Positions 47,906 through 58,470 are shown, counted from the stretch's first letter. The stretch: DNA of 64,000 nucleotides from Planctomycetota bacterium (GCA_965248575.1 CBDFJQ010000002.1:2720001-2784000), one strand, 5' to 3'. Numbers and translations are program-made. The notes: generated from the sequence alone by a model not told the origin.

Positions 47906-48646
47906 TCAGTTGGCCTTCCTGCGGTCGATGACCACGGCGTTGGCGAAGAGCCAGAGCGCCATGAAACTCAAGAAGAACAGCACGTCCCGGGCGTCGACCA
48001 CACCCCGGATGATGGCTTGGAAATGGGAATAGAAGCTGAGGGAGGCCACCGTCTCCACCACCGCGCTGGGCACGGCGTCGGGCAGGGCGTCCAGCACCGT
48101 GGGCCAGCCCGCCATGGTGAAGCCCAGCAACACCATGACGCTCACCACGAAGGCGATGACCTGGTTGCGGGTGAAGGCCGAGATGCAGGCCCCCACCGCC
48201 AGGTAGGCCCCGGCCATGAGCAGGCTGCCCAGGTAGCCGGCGAGGATCACGCCGTTGTCCGGCTCGCCCAGGTAGTTGACGGTGATCCAGACCGGCAGCG
48301 TCCCCAGCAGGGCGATGGCCGTGAAGGCCCAGGCCGCCAGGAACTTGCCCACCACCGCCTGCCCCATGGAGATGGGCAGGGTCATGAGCATCTCGATGGT
48401 GCCGGTGTTGCGCTCTTCGGCCCACAGGCGCATGGATATGGCAGGCACCAGCAACATGTACAGCCACGGGTGGAAGCTGAAGAAGGACACGAGGTCCGCC
48501 TGGTTGCGCCCGAAGAAGTTGCCGAGGTCGCTGCTGAAGGTGAACGTCCCCGTGAGCAGTAGGAAGATCATGATGAAGACGTAGGCGACGGGGGTGGAGA
48601 AGTAGCCCTTCAACTCCCGGCGCACGATGGCTGCGGTGACACTCAT
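47906..48646 (-). CDS. ABC transporter permease, GldF-like
   Basis: RRELKGYFSTPVAYVF, PAISMRLWAEERNTGTIEMLMTLP and TRNQVIAF. Confidence 0.9.
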   Translation of the reverse strand: MSVTAAIVRRELKGYFSTPVAYVFIMIFLLLTGTFTFSSDLGNFFGRNQADLVSFFSFHPWLYMLLVPAISMRLWAEERNTGTIEMLMTLPISMGQAVVGKFLAAWAFTAIALLGTLPVWITVNYLGEPDNGVILAGYLGSLLMAGAYLAVGACISAFTRNQVIAFVVSVMVLLGFTMAGWPTVLDALPDAVPSAVVETVASLSFYSHFQAIIRGVVDARDVLFFLSFMALWLFANAVVIDRRKAN

Positions 48647-49608
48647 GAGGCGGCCTTTTCGTTCGTCGTGATCTCGCGGAAGACTTCGTCGAGCCCGCTG
48701 GCTTCGCGGCTCAGTTCGACGAGGGACCAGGCTGAGTTCTGGATGTGGGCGCCCACGGTTTCGCGCAGGTCGGCGCCGTCCCTGGTCCAGAGGCGGTAGC
48801 TGTACTGCTTGGCGTCGGCAGGCACCGCTTCGATGCGCTGGACGCCGGGGATGGACGAGAGGGACGCCTCGAGGGCGGTGTCCGGGGCCGGGGCCGTCGC
48901 GCGCACGGAAACCCGCAAGGCCATGCCGCCCCAGGTGTGCTGGTGCAGTTCGTCCGGGGTGCCGTCGGCCTTGAGCTCGCCGTTGGCGATGATGATGGCC
49001 CGGCTGCAGACCGCGTCCACCTCCTCCAGGATGTGCGTGGACAGGATGATCACCTTGTCCTTGCCCATCTCCCGGATCAGGGAGCGCACCTCGTGCTTCT
49101 GGTTGGGGTCGAGGCCGTCAGTGGGCTCATCGAGGATCAGCACCGACGGGTCGTGGAGGATCGCCTGGGCGATGCCCACCCGGCGCTTGTAGCCCTTGGA
49201 CAGGGTCTCGATGCGCTGGTTCACCACGCCGCCCAGCTGGGCCAGGCCCACGGCTCGGTCCACGGCGCCAGCTGCCGTGCTGCCGGTCATGCCGCGCACT
49301 GAGGCCACGAACTCCAGGAAGCCTCGGGGCGTCATCTCCCCATAAGAGGGGGCGCCTTCGGGCAGGTAGCCCATGGCGCGCTTCACCTCCAGGGGTGCGG
49401 TGCGGACGTCGTGCCCACAGACCGTGGCGGTGCCGCTGGTAGGCGTCAGAAAGCCCGCCAGCATCTTCATGGTGGTGGACTTGCCCGCGCCGTTGGGGCC
49501 CAGGAAGCCCAGGACTTCGCCCTGTTCGACCGTGAAGGAAATGTCCTTCACCGCCTGGAGGGCGCCGAAGGACTTGGAGAGATGAGAGATCTCAACCCGC
49601 ACCGACAT
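48643..49608 (-). CDS. ABC transporter ATP-binding protein, GldA-like
   Basis: GPNGAGKST, LSKGYKRR, LILDEPTDGLDP and STHIL. Confidence 0.92.
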   Translation of the reverse strand: MSVRVEISHLSKSFGALQAVKDISFTVEQGEVLGFLGPNGAGKSTTMKMLAGFLTPTSGTATVCGHDVRTAPLEVKRAMGYLPEGAPSYGEMTPRGFLEFVASVRGMTGSTAAGAVDRAVGLAQLGGVVNQRIETLSKGYKRRVGIAQAILHDPSVLILDEPTDGLDPNQKHEVRSLIREMGKDKVIILSTHILEEVDAVCSRAIIIANGELKADGTPDELHQHTWGGMALRVSVRATAPAPDTALEASLSSIPGVQRIEAVPADAKQYSYRLWTRDGADLRETVGAHIQNSAWSLVELSREASGLDEVFREITTNEKAAS

Positions 49609-50092
49609 GAGACGTGTCTTCCGATTAGGTTGCGATAGATGGAGTTGGACCGATCGATGGATCCGCCCGAGCAAACGATGGGACCACGAGAAACCCGCGA
49701 ATCTCGCAAAGATCTAGCGGGAATCCCTCCAAGGCCGTCGCCGGATACCGAGTATCCCGGCCCGTAAGCACCGGGATACGCAGATCGCGTAGAGGGTGTG
49801 GGAGAATACTGATCGGAGGGTGAAGGGGTAAGTGGGAACTGCGCGCTCGGGGCACCCGCAGCGTCCAGCCCCAACCAGCGTCCCCGCCGCCAATTTGGAC
49901 CAGGACGCCAGCGACGAGTGCCCTACTTCTAGTCCGGTGCCAGCTGGCTGAGAGTGACCAGATACTCCGCCAAACTCAGCGCCTTCGCACAAGGCTCGGC
50001 ACTGATCGTCGCCGCCTCGGCTTCCGTGCCATCGACCAAACTGACCCTCTCAGGGTGTCAACCCTTGTGAGAAAACGGTCATCAATACAATT

Positions 50093-50656
50093 TCAAAGCA
50101 GATCCCACCTAAAGGTTACAGAGGAGCTCCCTCTGCTTTCTAATATTAAAAGCTTGACCCACAGTACCCCGCCAACATCCACCTCACCAACAGGCCGCGC
50201 AATGTTCTTGATCCTAAGCACGCACACGTCACCAGCGCTGACGGCGGAGGATTCTGAACTTTCGCTGAACCTCAGCTCCACATTTCCGGACGAATCAGAG
50301 CCAAAGGCCACCTCGTCACGCGATTCAGATATCTGCAAATAGTGATACAGAGAACCGTTGGCATTCCGCAGCTCACCCAGATTCAAGATTGTCCCTACAG
50401 AACCGCCAGAACCCACCACAGAGAGTTCTCCTGGATACCATTTTCCAAATTCCAATTCTGGACCCAACCCCCGAAGCTCCCCGTCCTCCACAACGCCACC
50501 ATGTCGCTCGGAGCTAAACGAATACGTATTACACAATTCATCTACCGCATACAAGGTAACTACACCCGAAAGCGGATCACCGTCCAGCCCATAGTCGTGC
50601 AAACAAAGCGCAGTAGCGAACGACCCAAGTAAAAACAGCGTGCGCAAGACTTTCAT
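50093..50656 (-). CDS. Hypothetical secreted protein (~187 aa), AT-richer islet
   Basis: Signal-like MKVLRTLFLLGSFATA and a beta-rich body; co-oriented with the two upstream islet genes. Confidence 0.55.
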   Translation of the reverse strand: MKVLRTLFLLGSFATALCLHDYGLDGDPLSGVVTLYAVDELCNTYSFSSERHGGVVEDGELRGLGPELEFGKWYPGELSVVGSGGSVGTILNLGELRNANGSLYHYLQISESRDEVAFGSDSSGNVELRFSESSESSAVSAGDVCVLRIKNIARPVGEVDVGGVLWVKLLILESRGSSSVTFRWDLL

Positions 50657-50676
50657 GTCAAGCCCTTTAAATAGGT

Positions 50677-50721
50677 CATGAAATGGCAGGGAAGGCAACT
50701 CGCCCTTCCTGCCATTTCATG
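50677..50721. terminator. Inverted repeat (terminator or mRNA-stabilising hairpin) after the Gly-rich gene
   Basis: 14-bp perfect arms CATGAAATGGCAGG / CCTGCCATTTCATG. Confidence 0.6.
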
Positions 50722-50742
50722 GTGAAAGGAAAAATGAAATCA

Positions 50743-52011
50743 TCAATGGCCGTGAGCAGGCTCAGTTCCACAGCATCGACCTTCAGCGCCATCTGCACCG
50801 GTTGACCCACCAGTACCTGTGCCTCCGCCGGAAGCACCTCCGGCCCCACCCACACCAGCTACTCCTTTGTTGGTGCAGCCGGCCAGAGCGTCGTTTCCAG
50901 AGCCAGCTTGGCCGCCGTCACCGCCCTCCCCGCCGTTGGAGCCGCTGCCGCCTCCATCACCGCCGATTCCCCCAGCGCCGCCGTTACCTCCCGGCCCGCC
51001 GCACGCACCATCCCCGCCTTTTCCACCCTTCGCGCCATCATGCCCATCTGATCCGTCTCCACCATCCCCTCCTACGCCACCACTGCCTCCTGCGGGACCG
51101 AGAGGGGGAAGTCCGCTTGACGGCTTCCCATCACCGCCATCACCGCCGACCGCGTCGTCTCCACCATCTCCACCATCCCCACCATCCCCGCCAGCGCCAC
51201 CCCCTGTACCAGCGGGCCCTCCGTCGCCGCCCTCACCCCCGGGCATCCCGTCCCCACCGTCTCCACCTTCACCACCAGTTCCTCCATTACCACCTCCGCT
51301 GTTTCCACCCCCACCATTGCCTCCGGGCCCTGCCTCGCCTCCGTCCGGGCCACCATCCCCTCCTTCGCCACCCGTACCCCCATCCGAACCTGGCCCCCCT
51401 CCTGCTTCGCCACCCTCACCACCTGACTCACCCTTTCCGTTTCCTGCTCCGTTTCCTCCCGCCCCCCCATTGCCCCCATCGCCATTGTTCGATCCTCCGT
51501 CTCCACCTTTCCCGCCTTTCCCTCCTTTTCCGTCATCATCCTCGTTCGCGTTGCCGCCATCCCCTCCCTTGCCGCCATTGTTCCCAGAACTTCCGTCCCC
51601 ACCGGTGCCTCCATCACCTCCGTTACCATTTCCCTGGCTGTCTCCACCATTCCCACCAGCACCACCCTTCCCATTTGAATTGTCATCCCCGTTGCCGCCG
51701 GTGCCCCCGTTTCCGGTATTTGTCCCGCCCTTACCGCCATCCCCGCCGTTGCCAGTGCCCCCTCCAGCTCCACCGGTACCGCCATTCCCATTATCTCCCG
51801 CATCCCCACCTTTCCCCCCGGCTCCGTTGCCTGGCGGGTATCCCGCACCGCCGCCTCCTCCGTCGCCGTTACCAGGGCAATCCCCTCCTGGATAGCCGTC
51901 AGGATGTGAACTATTACCCCCAGCCCCAGTTGAACCACATTGTGAGATTGCCTCTGAGTAGGCGAACGTCAGGAAAATGGCGACCATTAAGACCACGCAA
52001 GAATTCTTCAC
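50743..52011 (-). CDS. Secreted glycine-rich (GGx repeat, PGRS-like) protein with terminal cysteines
   Basis: GGAGG RBS then GTG 52011 (ORF track start 52026); signal peptide; ~370 aa of GGxGGxGG; Cys near both ends. Confidence 0.8.
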   Translation of the reverse strand: MKNSCVVLMVAIFLTFAYSEAISQCGSTGAGGNSSHPDGYPGGDCPGNGDGGGGGAGYPPGNGAGGKGGDAGDNGNGGTGGAGGGTGNGGDGGKGGTNTGNGGTGGNGDDNSNGKGGAGGNGGDSQGNGNGGDGGTGGDGSSGNNGGKGGDGGNANEDDDGKGGKGGKGGDGGSNNGDGGNGGAGGNGAGNGKGESGGEGGEAGGGPGSDGGTGGEGGDGGPDGGEAGPGGNGGGGNSGGGNGGTGGEGGDGGDGMPGGEGGDGGPAGTGGGAGGDGGDGGDGGDDAVGGDGGDGKPSSGLPPLGPAGGSGGVGGDGGDGSDGHDGAKGGKGGDGACGGPGGNGGAGGIGGDGGGSGSNGGEGGDGGQAGSGNDALAGCTNKGVAGVGGAGGASGGGTGTGGSTGADGAEGRCCGTEPAHGH

Positions 52012-52015
52012 AAAT

Positions 52016-53638
52016 CTACCCTCCATCTGCGTCTGGAATTATTTCTATGTCAAGTACCTCACCTTCCTCTCCAGAGGGTGGTGAGTCGAATGTATAGGTG
52101 ATCGATCGCTCGGTTAGGGTGTTGCTGGCGACCATCAAAAAATGTTGGCCAAACGGAACTCTCTCCAATTCAAAGAGTTTATCCGAAGCCGAGCATTCAA
52201 CATCCCATACTGCATCCTCAGCCTCACCGCCATTTGAATATTGGATTACTTTCACGTCGAACTTGTCACTCTCATTTTTAAATAACTCGTCAGGTAAGAA
52301 GCATCGAATTCGGCACCCCTTTTCAACCTCGGATACAATGAGCCCGCCCACATCCACGATCATGCGGGTTGGCCACTTGGCCAGGTAAGGTCCAACGGAA
52401 TCCTCTAGATATAGGTTTATCCAGATTCGGCCTTTGGGCATACCGCTGATCTCCCACTCGCCGCCATTCTGAGTCACAAATTCCTTCTTAGCACTCAATC
52501 GCGATGAATGGAATTCCACCAAACTCAGGCTAGTAGACATTGCTCGCAAAGTTACGCGAGCACCATCTACGCCAAGTCCATTTACATCTCTTACTACCCC
52601 GCGAATAGTATCGCCATGGAAAACCGGCACATCCATGACGGTCACACCCCCTGCCTGAACAATCGCAAGCTGGCTCGGTGAATAGTTTTCGGAGCCCGAT
52701 GACCAGTCAACAATTAATCCATACTTACCTGCCGGTAATCGCCACTCTTCAGCGCGGCTCAACCAGGGTCCAACACGACGTGACTTGTCAAAACCAAGAG
52801 CTGGCGTAATGCGAATCTGCTCCACGTCCTTAATGTGTTGCAGTTGATCCAGATTGACGATCAACGTCCCAAATGATGACAACTTGAAGTCAGTAGTCAT
52901 CGACGATTCCACACCTACATCTGCCACCATGGAATCGCGTCCCTCAATAGAGAAGCCTCTCGGAACCTGCTTTACAGAGACTGTCCAGCGGCCTGGAACA
53001 ACCGCCGTCCAAAGCGCTTCTCCATCAGCATCTGTAGCGACCACGCCCTCTCGCACGCTTCCACTTGGGCCGTCACTTTCGATCAACACTCCTTTCACAG
53101 GCCGTTGAAGCTCATCCTTCACCCGCACTAGTATTTGAGAGCTAGCATCCGGGAGGACCAGGGTTTCCGTCGCCATCCCCTCAACAAACACGACTACGCC
53201 TGACGTCGCAGTTCCATAGGAAGGCGTTCCTCCGTCTGCGTTGGCTACAACAACACATGCGTCCGATTCACACCTAATCGTCACCCGCCCCGACACGTCC
53301 GCCTTGTCGTGGAGGTACCAATCCCCAGACTCATCGTAGACATACACAGAGGCGAGCGGCACCACCTCCCCCATTTTCCCGATCACCCTGACGCGAAGGT
53401 AATTCGATTCGCGCGTAGCGGTTGAACTAACGAACAGGTCGCTAGGATTCGAAGTAACTTTGTGTTCAATGTGAGGTAGCGAGACAGACCTCACGGTTTC
53501 CCCTAGAACCTGACCTGGAGGAGACTCATGCCGTGCCGTAGAGAAGAGATCGGCAAGCATAAGAACTGCCGATGTAGCCAATACCAAAACGGCCATCAGC
53601 GTGCCAAGAATCAATCCTTTCTTGCTTACCACCAGCAC
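52016..53638 (-). CDS. Membrane-anchored carboxypeptidase-regulatory-like domain protein (540 aa), AT-richer
   Basis: N-terminal TM helix; VRVKDELQRPVKGV..TDADGEA and IRGVVRDVNG..V.GARV modules; GGAG RBS. Confidence 0.72.
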   Translation of the reverse strand: MLVVSKKGLILGTLMAVLVLATSAVLMLADLFSTARHESPPGQVLGETVRSVSLPHIEHKVTSNPSDLFVSSTATRESNYLRVRVIGKMGEVVPLASVYVYDESGDWYLHDKADVSGRVTIRCESDACVVVANADGGTPSYGTATSGVVVFVEGMATETLVLPDASSQILVRVKDELQRPVKGVLIESDGPSGSVREGVVATDADGEALWTAVVPGRWTVSVKQVPRGFSIEGRDSMVADVGVESSMTTDFKLSSFGTLIVNLDQLQHIKDVEQIRITPALGFDKSRRVGPWLSRAEEWRLPAGKYGLIVDWSSGSENYSPSQLAIVQAGGVTVMDVPVFHGDTIRGVVRDVNGLGVDGARVTLRAMSTSLSLVEFHSSRLSAKKEFVTQNGGEWEISGMPKGRIWINLYLEDSVGPYLAKWPTRMIVDVGGLIVSEVEKGCRIRCFLPDELFKNESDKFDVKVIQYSNGGEAEDAVWDVECSASDKLFELERVPFGQHFLMVASNTLTERSITYTFDSPPSGEEGEVLDIEIIPDADGG

Positions 53639-54532
53639 CTCCAGGATTCTGTCTATGAGCTCAGCTTGATTACGCTGTGACTAGAATCTTCGCAGTGTGA
53701 ACAGTATGCGTATTCCAGGCAGTATTAGATCGATGCTGGCAAGTATCAATTGCCATCGATCATGAGCACCTCTGAGGCTACAGCATTGCAGCCACCCCGC
53801 TGGATTGTCCTACAAGCCGCCCTCCCCTCTCTTCCGCATTATTCTTCCATAATATTCGTTAGGCTATGCACTCTCTTGGCACCACGCGTTCTGAGGGCAT
53901 CCAGCTTCGAGGTCGTTGCCAGCCATCACGCGTGCCACGACGCCCATAATCGAGCAGATTTGACAATCTGGCAAGGCCCGGATGTTCAACTTGCCACCGT
54001 CGGGCACACGAACGCGCTCACGCGCTGAGAGGGTTGCTTGCCCATTCCAATCTCTCCCATTCGGATTCTTTCCATCGATTCAACCAGCCCTCGCGGCAAT
54101 GGTTCAGCGCACTTTCTTGCGCTTCCAGCCACAGCCCAGCACACGAGGACTGCATAGGTCGCATCACTCTTCCGGTGACGCTGATCCTCGGGCGAAAACA
54201 ACAATCCGGCAAGGGGTCGGTTTCGGAGTCTCTTGGAAAAGAGCTGCCCCTCGCATCGATTATCCCCTAACCACACAGAGCTAGAACATCGTTCCCGGAC
54301 CGCGAGAGAGTTACGGACCGAGGGCCATCACGCGAAACTGCCCGTGACTGGCCTCCCCCCCTTACCCGCACAGGGACTGAGCATGCAGCCGCACCCCTAA
54401 GGCGTACCCACTCAGCCGGAACCGACCCCGCCTGTCTCCGTATAGCTGCCGGATCACACACAGCTAGCCTTGAGTTGTCGCCCCACGCGACCTCTGAAAG
54501 CGTCCAGGTGGCCGGCGACGTGGAGGCTCGTC

Positions 54533-55727
54533 ATGAGAAACCGCATCCTTGCCGCAATGGTGTTCTTGTCGGTCGTCGCCGTGAATTTGACACCGGTCCG
54601 GGCCGACACCATCCACGTGCCCTGGCAGTTCGCCAACCTGCAGGACGCCATCAACTTCGCGGATCCCGGAGACGTCATCCTTGTGGATGGTGGGACGCAC
54701 GGGCCTATCGTCGTGGACCGTCCGCTGACGATCGTGGGGGGTCGCTACGCACAGGCCGTTCCTGCGGGCGCCGTTCCCCGGTGAGAGCGGAGATGCCTCC
54801 ATCCAACTCGCGGGGCCCGGCGCGGGCGTGCTCACGCTCTCGTCGCTCCGGGTCGGCGGGACCATCGACGGGACCTTCTTCGGTCAGGCCCATTCCGCAA
54901 TCCGTGGAACGGGCTTCGACGAGGTCCGCATCACTCACTGCCGTATCGATGCCCCCGAGTGGATCATGCCCACGGGCATCGGTGACGGTGGCACGGCCAT
55001 CTCTGTCGACGTTTCGCTGCTCGTTGTTCAGGACAGCGGCGTGTTCGGTGGTTCCGGAACCGACGATGGTTCCGGGCTGTCCGTGTTCGACATTCCCAAG
55101 GCGGGTCATGGCATCGTCACCACGGGCAACGTGGTGATTCAGGAATCCGAGGTCATCGGTGGGATCGGCTACTCGCAGGTGGCCTTCGACCCGCTGCTTT
55201 GCCCGCTCCCGTGCGGCCTGTTCAGTGGAGGTCAAGGGGGCACAGGGATCCGAGCCCAGGTCGCGTGGTTGGGCACGAGCGTGTTTACGGGCGCGGACGC
55301 AGCTGCAGGCGGGGCGGGGGGCGTACTCAGCTGCCCGACGTCGCCGATCCAGTGCGTCTTCGCAGACGGTGAAGCACTCGACGTGCAGACCCGGATCGAC
55401 CTGCCGACAACACTCGGGACGAGCGGTTCTCTCTGGCTGGGCGGGTATTTCTGGGAACTCTACTACGCCATCGAACCCATGACCCCGGCCTACCTGGCGT
55501 TGTCGCTCTTCCCGGTACCACCGACGCCCATTGCGGAAGGCACCTTCTTCATGAACCCCCTCAACTTCCACCTGCGCATCCTTCCCGCGTCGGCCACTGG
55601 GGCGGACTACGTCGTGTTCACCACTCCCTACGACCCGGCCTTCATGGGGCTCACCGTGGTCTTGCAGACCTGGCAACCTGGCGTCGGACTCTCGTCGCCA
55701 CTGATGGCAACCGTCACGGAGTTCTGA
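54533..55727 (+). pseudogene. Secreted protein gene interrupted by a +1 frameshift at a G6 run (54736-54741)
   Basis: GGAGG RBS, signal peptide and DTIHVP..F.NLQDAI..A.PGDVILV..G. Removing one G joins it in frame (IVGVATHRPFLRAPFPGESGDASIQLAGPGAGVLTLS) to ORF 54828..55727. Confidence 0.75.
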
Positions 55728-55879
55728 TTCTCTGATCAGCGAGCGTCAAGGACACCTCAAACCTGCACGGCACCACCCTCTCGAACGGGATGCTCGCCTC
55801 GACACCCTGAGAGGGGTGTGGGCTCATGCCCTGGCCTCATCGTCGAGACACCACCAGGGGCGCGACAACTAGGGGCAGG

Positions 55880-57793
55880 TCAGCCTCGTGGCGCCCGCAC
55901 GAGAGCAATCAGCAACGCGCAGGACATCACGAGCGAAGCGAGAGTGAATCGAAAGCGACGGATCCATCCGAGGACGTCAAACGGAGGGAGTTCGAGGCCG
56001 AAGGCTGCATGCAGCCGGGCGCGCGTGGCTGCTGCGAGATGCGCATTGGCACGGCTCAAGTCGTTCCCTGTCCAGCGAGCGGCCGCGGCCAGATAAGCGT
56101 CAAGCGCATCGATGTCGAGACCGCCATCGGTTCCGGCCATCGCGAGTACGCGAACGGCGTCACTGGTTGAATCCAAGTCCGTGCGGCGCCGTTCGCCATT
56201 GTCGCGCTCAAGGACCATCGTAAAACCGGCCGTGCCGTCGGGAAGGCGGATCCACCACCCCTCCAGATTGCGGGCCAGATCGGACCATACAGCAGCAGCA
56301 CGCTCCGTCTCGCCCAGTTCACCCAGTACTTGCGCGCACAAGGCTAGGCGTGTGATCGACGACATGTACCACTTTTCACCGGGCACCGCGGATCGCTCGA
56401 GGAGTTCAGCGAGACGGGCGCGCTCATCACCTACCAACGAATGCTCTCCCTCGACGAACCGCAGCGTGATGGCATCGTTGGCGCTGAACCCCGATTCCTT
56501 TTCAAGCAGGTGCTGACGATGCCAGGCAATCCTCTCGGCGTCGGGTCGATCCCTGGGGACGGTGATCATGGCGAGCCACGCGTCACGCATCCCGTCGGTC
56601 ATCAGGCCAAGCTTGAACATCCCCGCGAAGCATCCGGTGTGCATGCGATGCAGCGCTCGCTTGGAGCCTCCAGGCACGCTGACATCTATGGGCTCAAGCC
56701 CGCGCTCGAAGCTCTTCATGACGGCCTGCTCCAAACGCGCGGTGTTGACCTCGTATCCAGAGGCCCGCAGGTGAGCGACGGTGTCGGCCATCCCTTCGAA
56801 GTCGAGGGGGCGCAGATTCTCGTGATCCCCCTGCTCAACCCACGCCACCACGTCCTCAGGGGTGACCAATGTAAGTGTCTTCCAGGAATAAGCTCCGCGA
56901 ATCATGAGGATGGAGAGCAGCGCGATCTGCAACGCGAAACTCCACCGGTGGATTCGGCGCGCCCGTACATCGCGGCTGTGAGCGATCCAACCAGCAAGGG
57001 GCATGACGACCCAGAAGATCATCATGCATATCATGACGTTTTCACGCGGGGGCAGCGCACGATTCGCGACGAACAGCTGACTCGGCTCCGCCGCACGAAC
57101 CACAACCGCCAGCGTCGGCATCAGGAATGCCAGAGGTATGGCGACAACCAACGTCACCTGCGCGACGTGGCGGCGCGTAAGACAGCGCAGTCGGACCACT
57201 CGCTGGAGAGCGAGAACCAGGCTGACGGACGACAGCGTGAAGAGCAGCAAGACCACGTCCATCGTGCGCTCGTGATTCGCCGACAAGGCGAGCAGGAACA
57301 CGACGGGCAGCGCCACGGCCCAGGCTACGATCCAGATCAGATTGCCGCGTAACCACTTGAGTGCCTCGACCGACGAGAAGATGTGAGACTCGTCGGTCGG
57401 ACCCCGCTGCGGCAGCCCGCCGATTGACCCACGAATGGCGGACCAGAGTGCCATCCCGATCATCACCAGGATCACGGATGGAAACGCCAGGGTGCTCAGT
57501 GCACCCCAAGCGACTCCACCCGCCGCGCCCGTGGCGCTGACAGCCGTGGCCCCGCCAACCTTCAGCAGTCCTTTGGGCAAGAGCCCGGCCGGCACCAAAG
57601 ATGCGGCCTTCATCAGGACATCCCAGGGAGACATCTCCGGATTTTCTTGGCCGCGCGTCGTCCGCCGTTTGAGGTCACTCGGATCCCCCTTGGAGTCACG
57701 GTACGGCTCAAAGGCGGCGAACAGCTCAGCGGTGAGCTCGGCCTCGTCTTGCTCGACATCGAGAGGGTCGATCAGCTTCGGTGTGTGAGTCAT
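55880..57793 (-). CDS. Multi-pass membrane protein, probable anti-sigma/sensor partner of the adjacent ECF (637 aa)
   Basis: About 6 N-terminal TM helices, a soluble helical domain with DG.AGF...TDLDST..A motif and a C-terminal TM helix; ATGA overlap with the sigma gene. Confidence 0.65.
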   Translation of the reverse strand: MTHTPKLIDPLDVEQDEAELTAELFAAFEPYRDSKGDPSDLKRRTTRGQENPEMSPWDVLMKAASLVPAGLLPKGLLKVGGATAVSATGAAGGVAWGALSTLAFPSVILVMIGMALWSAIRGSIGGLPQRGPTDESHIFSSVEALKWLRGNLIWIVAWAVALPVVFLLALSANHERTMDVVLLLFTLSSVSLVLALQRVVRLRCLTRRHVAQVTLVVAIPLAFLMPTLAVVVRAAEPSQLFVANRALPPRENVMICMMIFWVVMPLAGWIAHSRDVRARRIHRWSFALQIALLSILMIRGAYSWKTLTLVTPEDVVAWVEQGDHENLRPLDFEGMADTVAHLRASGYEVNTARLEQAVMKSFERGLEPIDVSVPGGSKRALHRMHTGCFAGMFKLGLMTDGMRDAWLAMITVPRDRPDAERIAWHRQHLLEKESGFSANDAITLRFVEGEHSLVGDERARLAELLERSAVPGEKWYMSSITRLALCAQVLGELGETERAAAVWSDLARNLEGWWIRLPDGTAGFTMVLERDNGERRRTDLDSTSDAVRVLAMAGTDGGLDIDALDAYLAAAARWTGNDLSRANAHLAAATRARLHAAFGLELPPFDVLGWIRRFRFTLASLVMSCALLIALVRAPRG

Positions 57794-58344
57794 CGGGATG
57801 CCTCCCCATCGGGGGCCGACGTCGCGGCCAGCAGGTTGGCCTCGAGTCGGGTCTTCAATTCGATTCGGGCACGGCGTAGTCGCCCTTCGACCGCGCGCAC
57901 TCCGAGCCCCAGCAACGCGGCGATCTCCTCCAGCGAAGCGCCCTCCACGTAGCGCATGACAAGCACCGTTCGCCAGTCTTCACGCAAGCCAGCGATGGCG
58001 CGGCGCAGGAGGGCAGCCTGTGGATGCTCGTCGGGTTCAGCCGGCATGGCGAGGGCGTCGTCCGGGAGCGCGTCGAGGGACGCGAGCCGCCGCAGTGACC
58101 CCCGCGAACCGCTGCGCCGCAGCGTCGCGCGGTGCACATTGCGCGCGATGCCGCGAATCCAGGCACCGACTGCGGCGACATCGTCCCACCTGCCCTCGAA
58201 TCGCTCGCGCGACAGATAGGCCTCGACAAGTGAATCGTGGGCAACCTCCCGGGCCTCCTGGGGCCCCCTGCCCCAGGCGGCGAGCAGCCCGACCAGCGGC
58301 CCCCGAAAGCGCTCGATCACTTCTATGACGTCCATAGGAGCCAT
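57790..58344 (-). CDS. ECF RNA polymerase sigma-70 factor
   Basis: AWIRGIARN (region 2) and LVMRYVEGASLEEIAALLG...VEGRLRRAR (region 4). Start may be 58335. Confidence 0.88.
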   Translation of the reverse strand: MAPMDVIEVIERFRGPLVGLLAAWGRGPQEAREVAHDSLVEAYLSRERFEGRWDDVAAVGAWIRGIARNVHRATLRRSGSRGSLRRLASLDALPDDALAMPAEPDEHPQAALLRRAIAGLREDWRTVLVMRYVEGASLEEIAALLGLGVRAVEGRLRRARIELKTRLEANLLAATSAPDGEASR

Positions 58345-58470
58345 TGTCAGGAGCGACCCGTTACCCCACGTCGATTTCGAGAATTCATGCTGATCACCCG
58401 CCGGACGCTGTCCGGAAGTGAAGGGCTGCCCGTGGCTTCATCGCACACGCAGTGCTCCGCAAGCAGTGAC

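Noticed and set aside
31174..49608. Gliding motility or type IX secretion locus
   Set aside because: Only GldA/F/G-like ABC parts are present; no gldK/L/M/N or sprA-like genes are in the window, so gld symbols were not assigned.
50802..52097. Pro-rich and His/Arg-rich plus-strand ORFs
   Set aside because: Antisense shadows of the Gly-rich gene, which has the RBS, signal peptide and operon context.
54270..54468. IS/MITE remnant bounded by CACACAGAGCTAG / CACACACAGCTAG
   Set aside because: Only a short imperfect direct repeat; no transposase fragment or convincing terminal inverted repeats.
54782..54784. Second selenocysteine TGA
   Set aside because: The downstream ORF is in a different frame and there is no redox motif; a frameshift explains it better.
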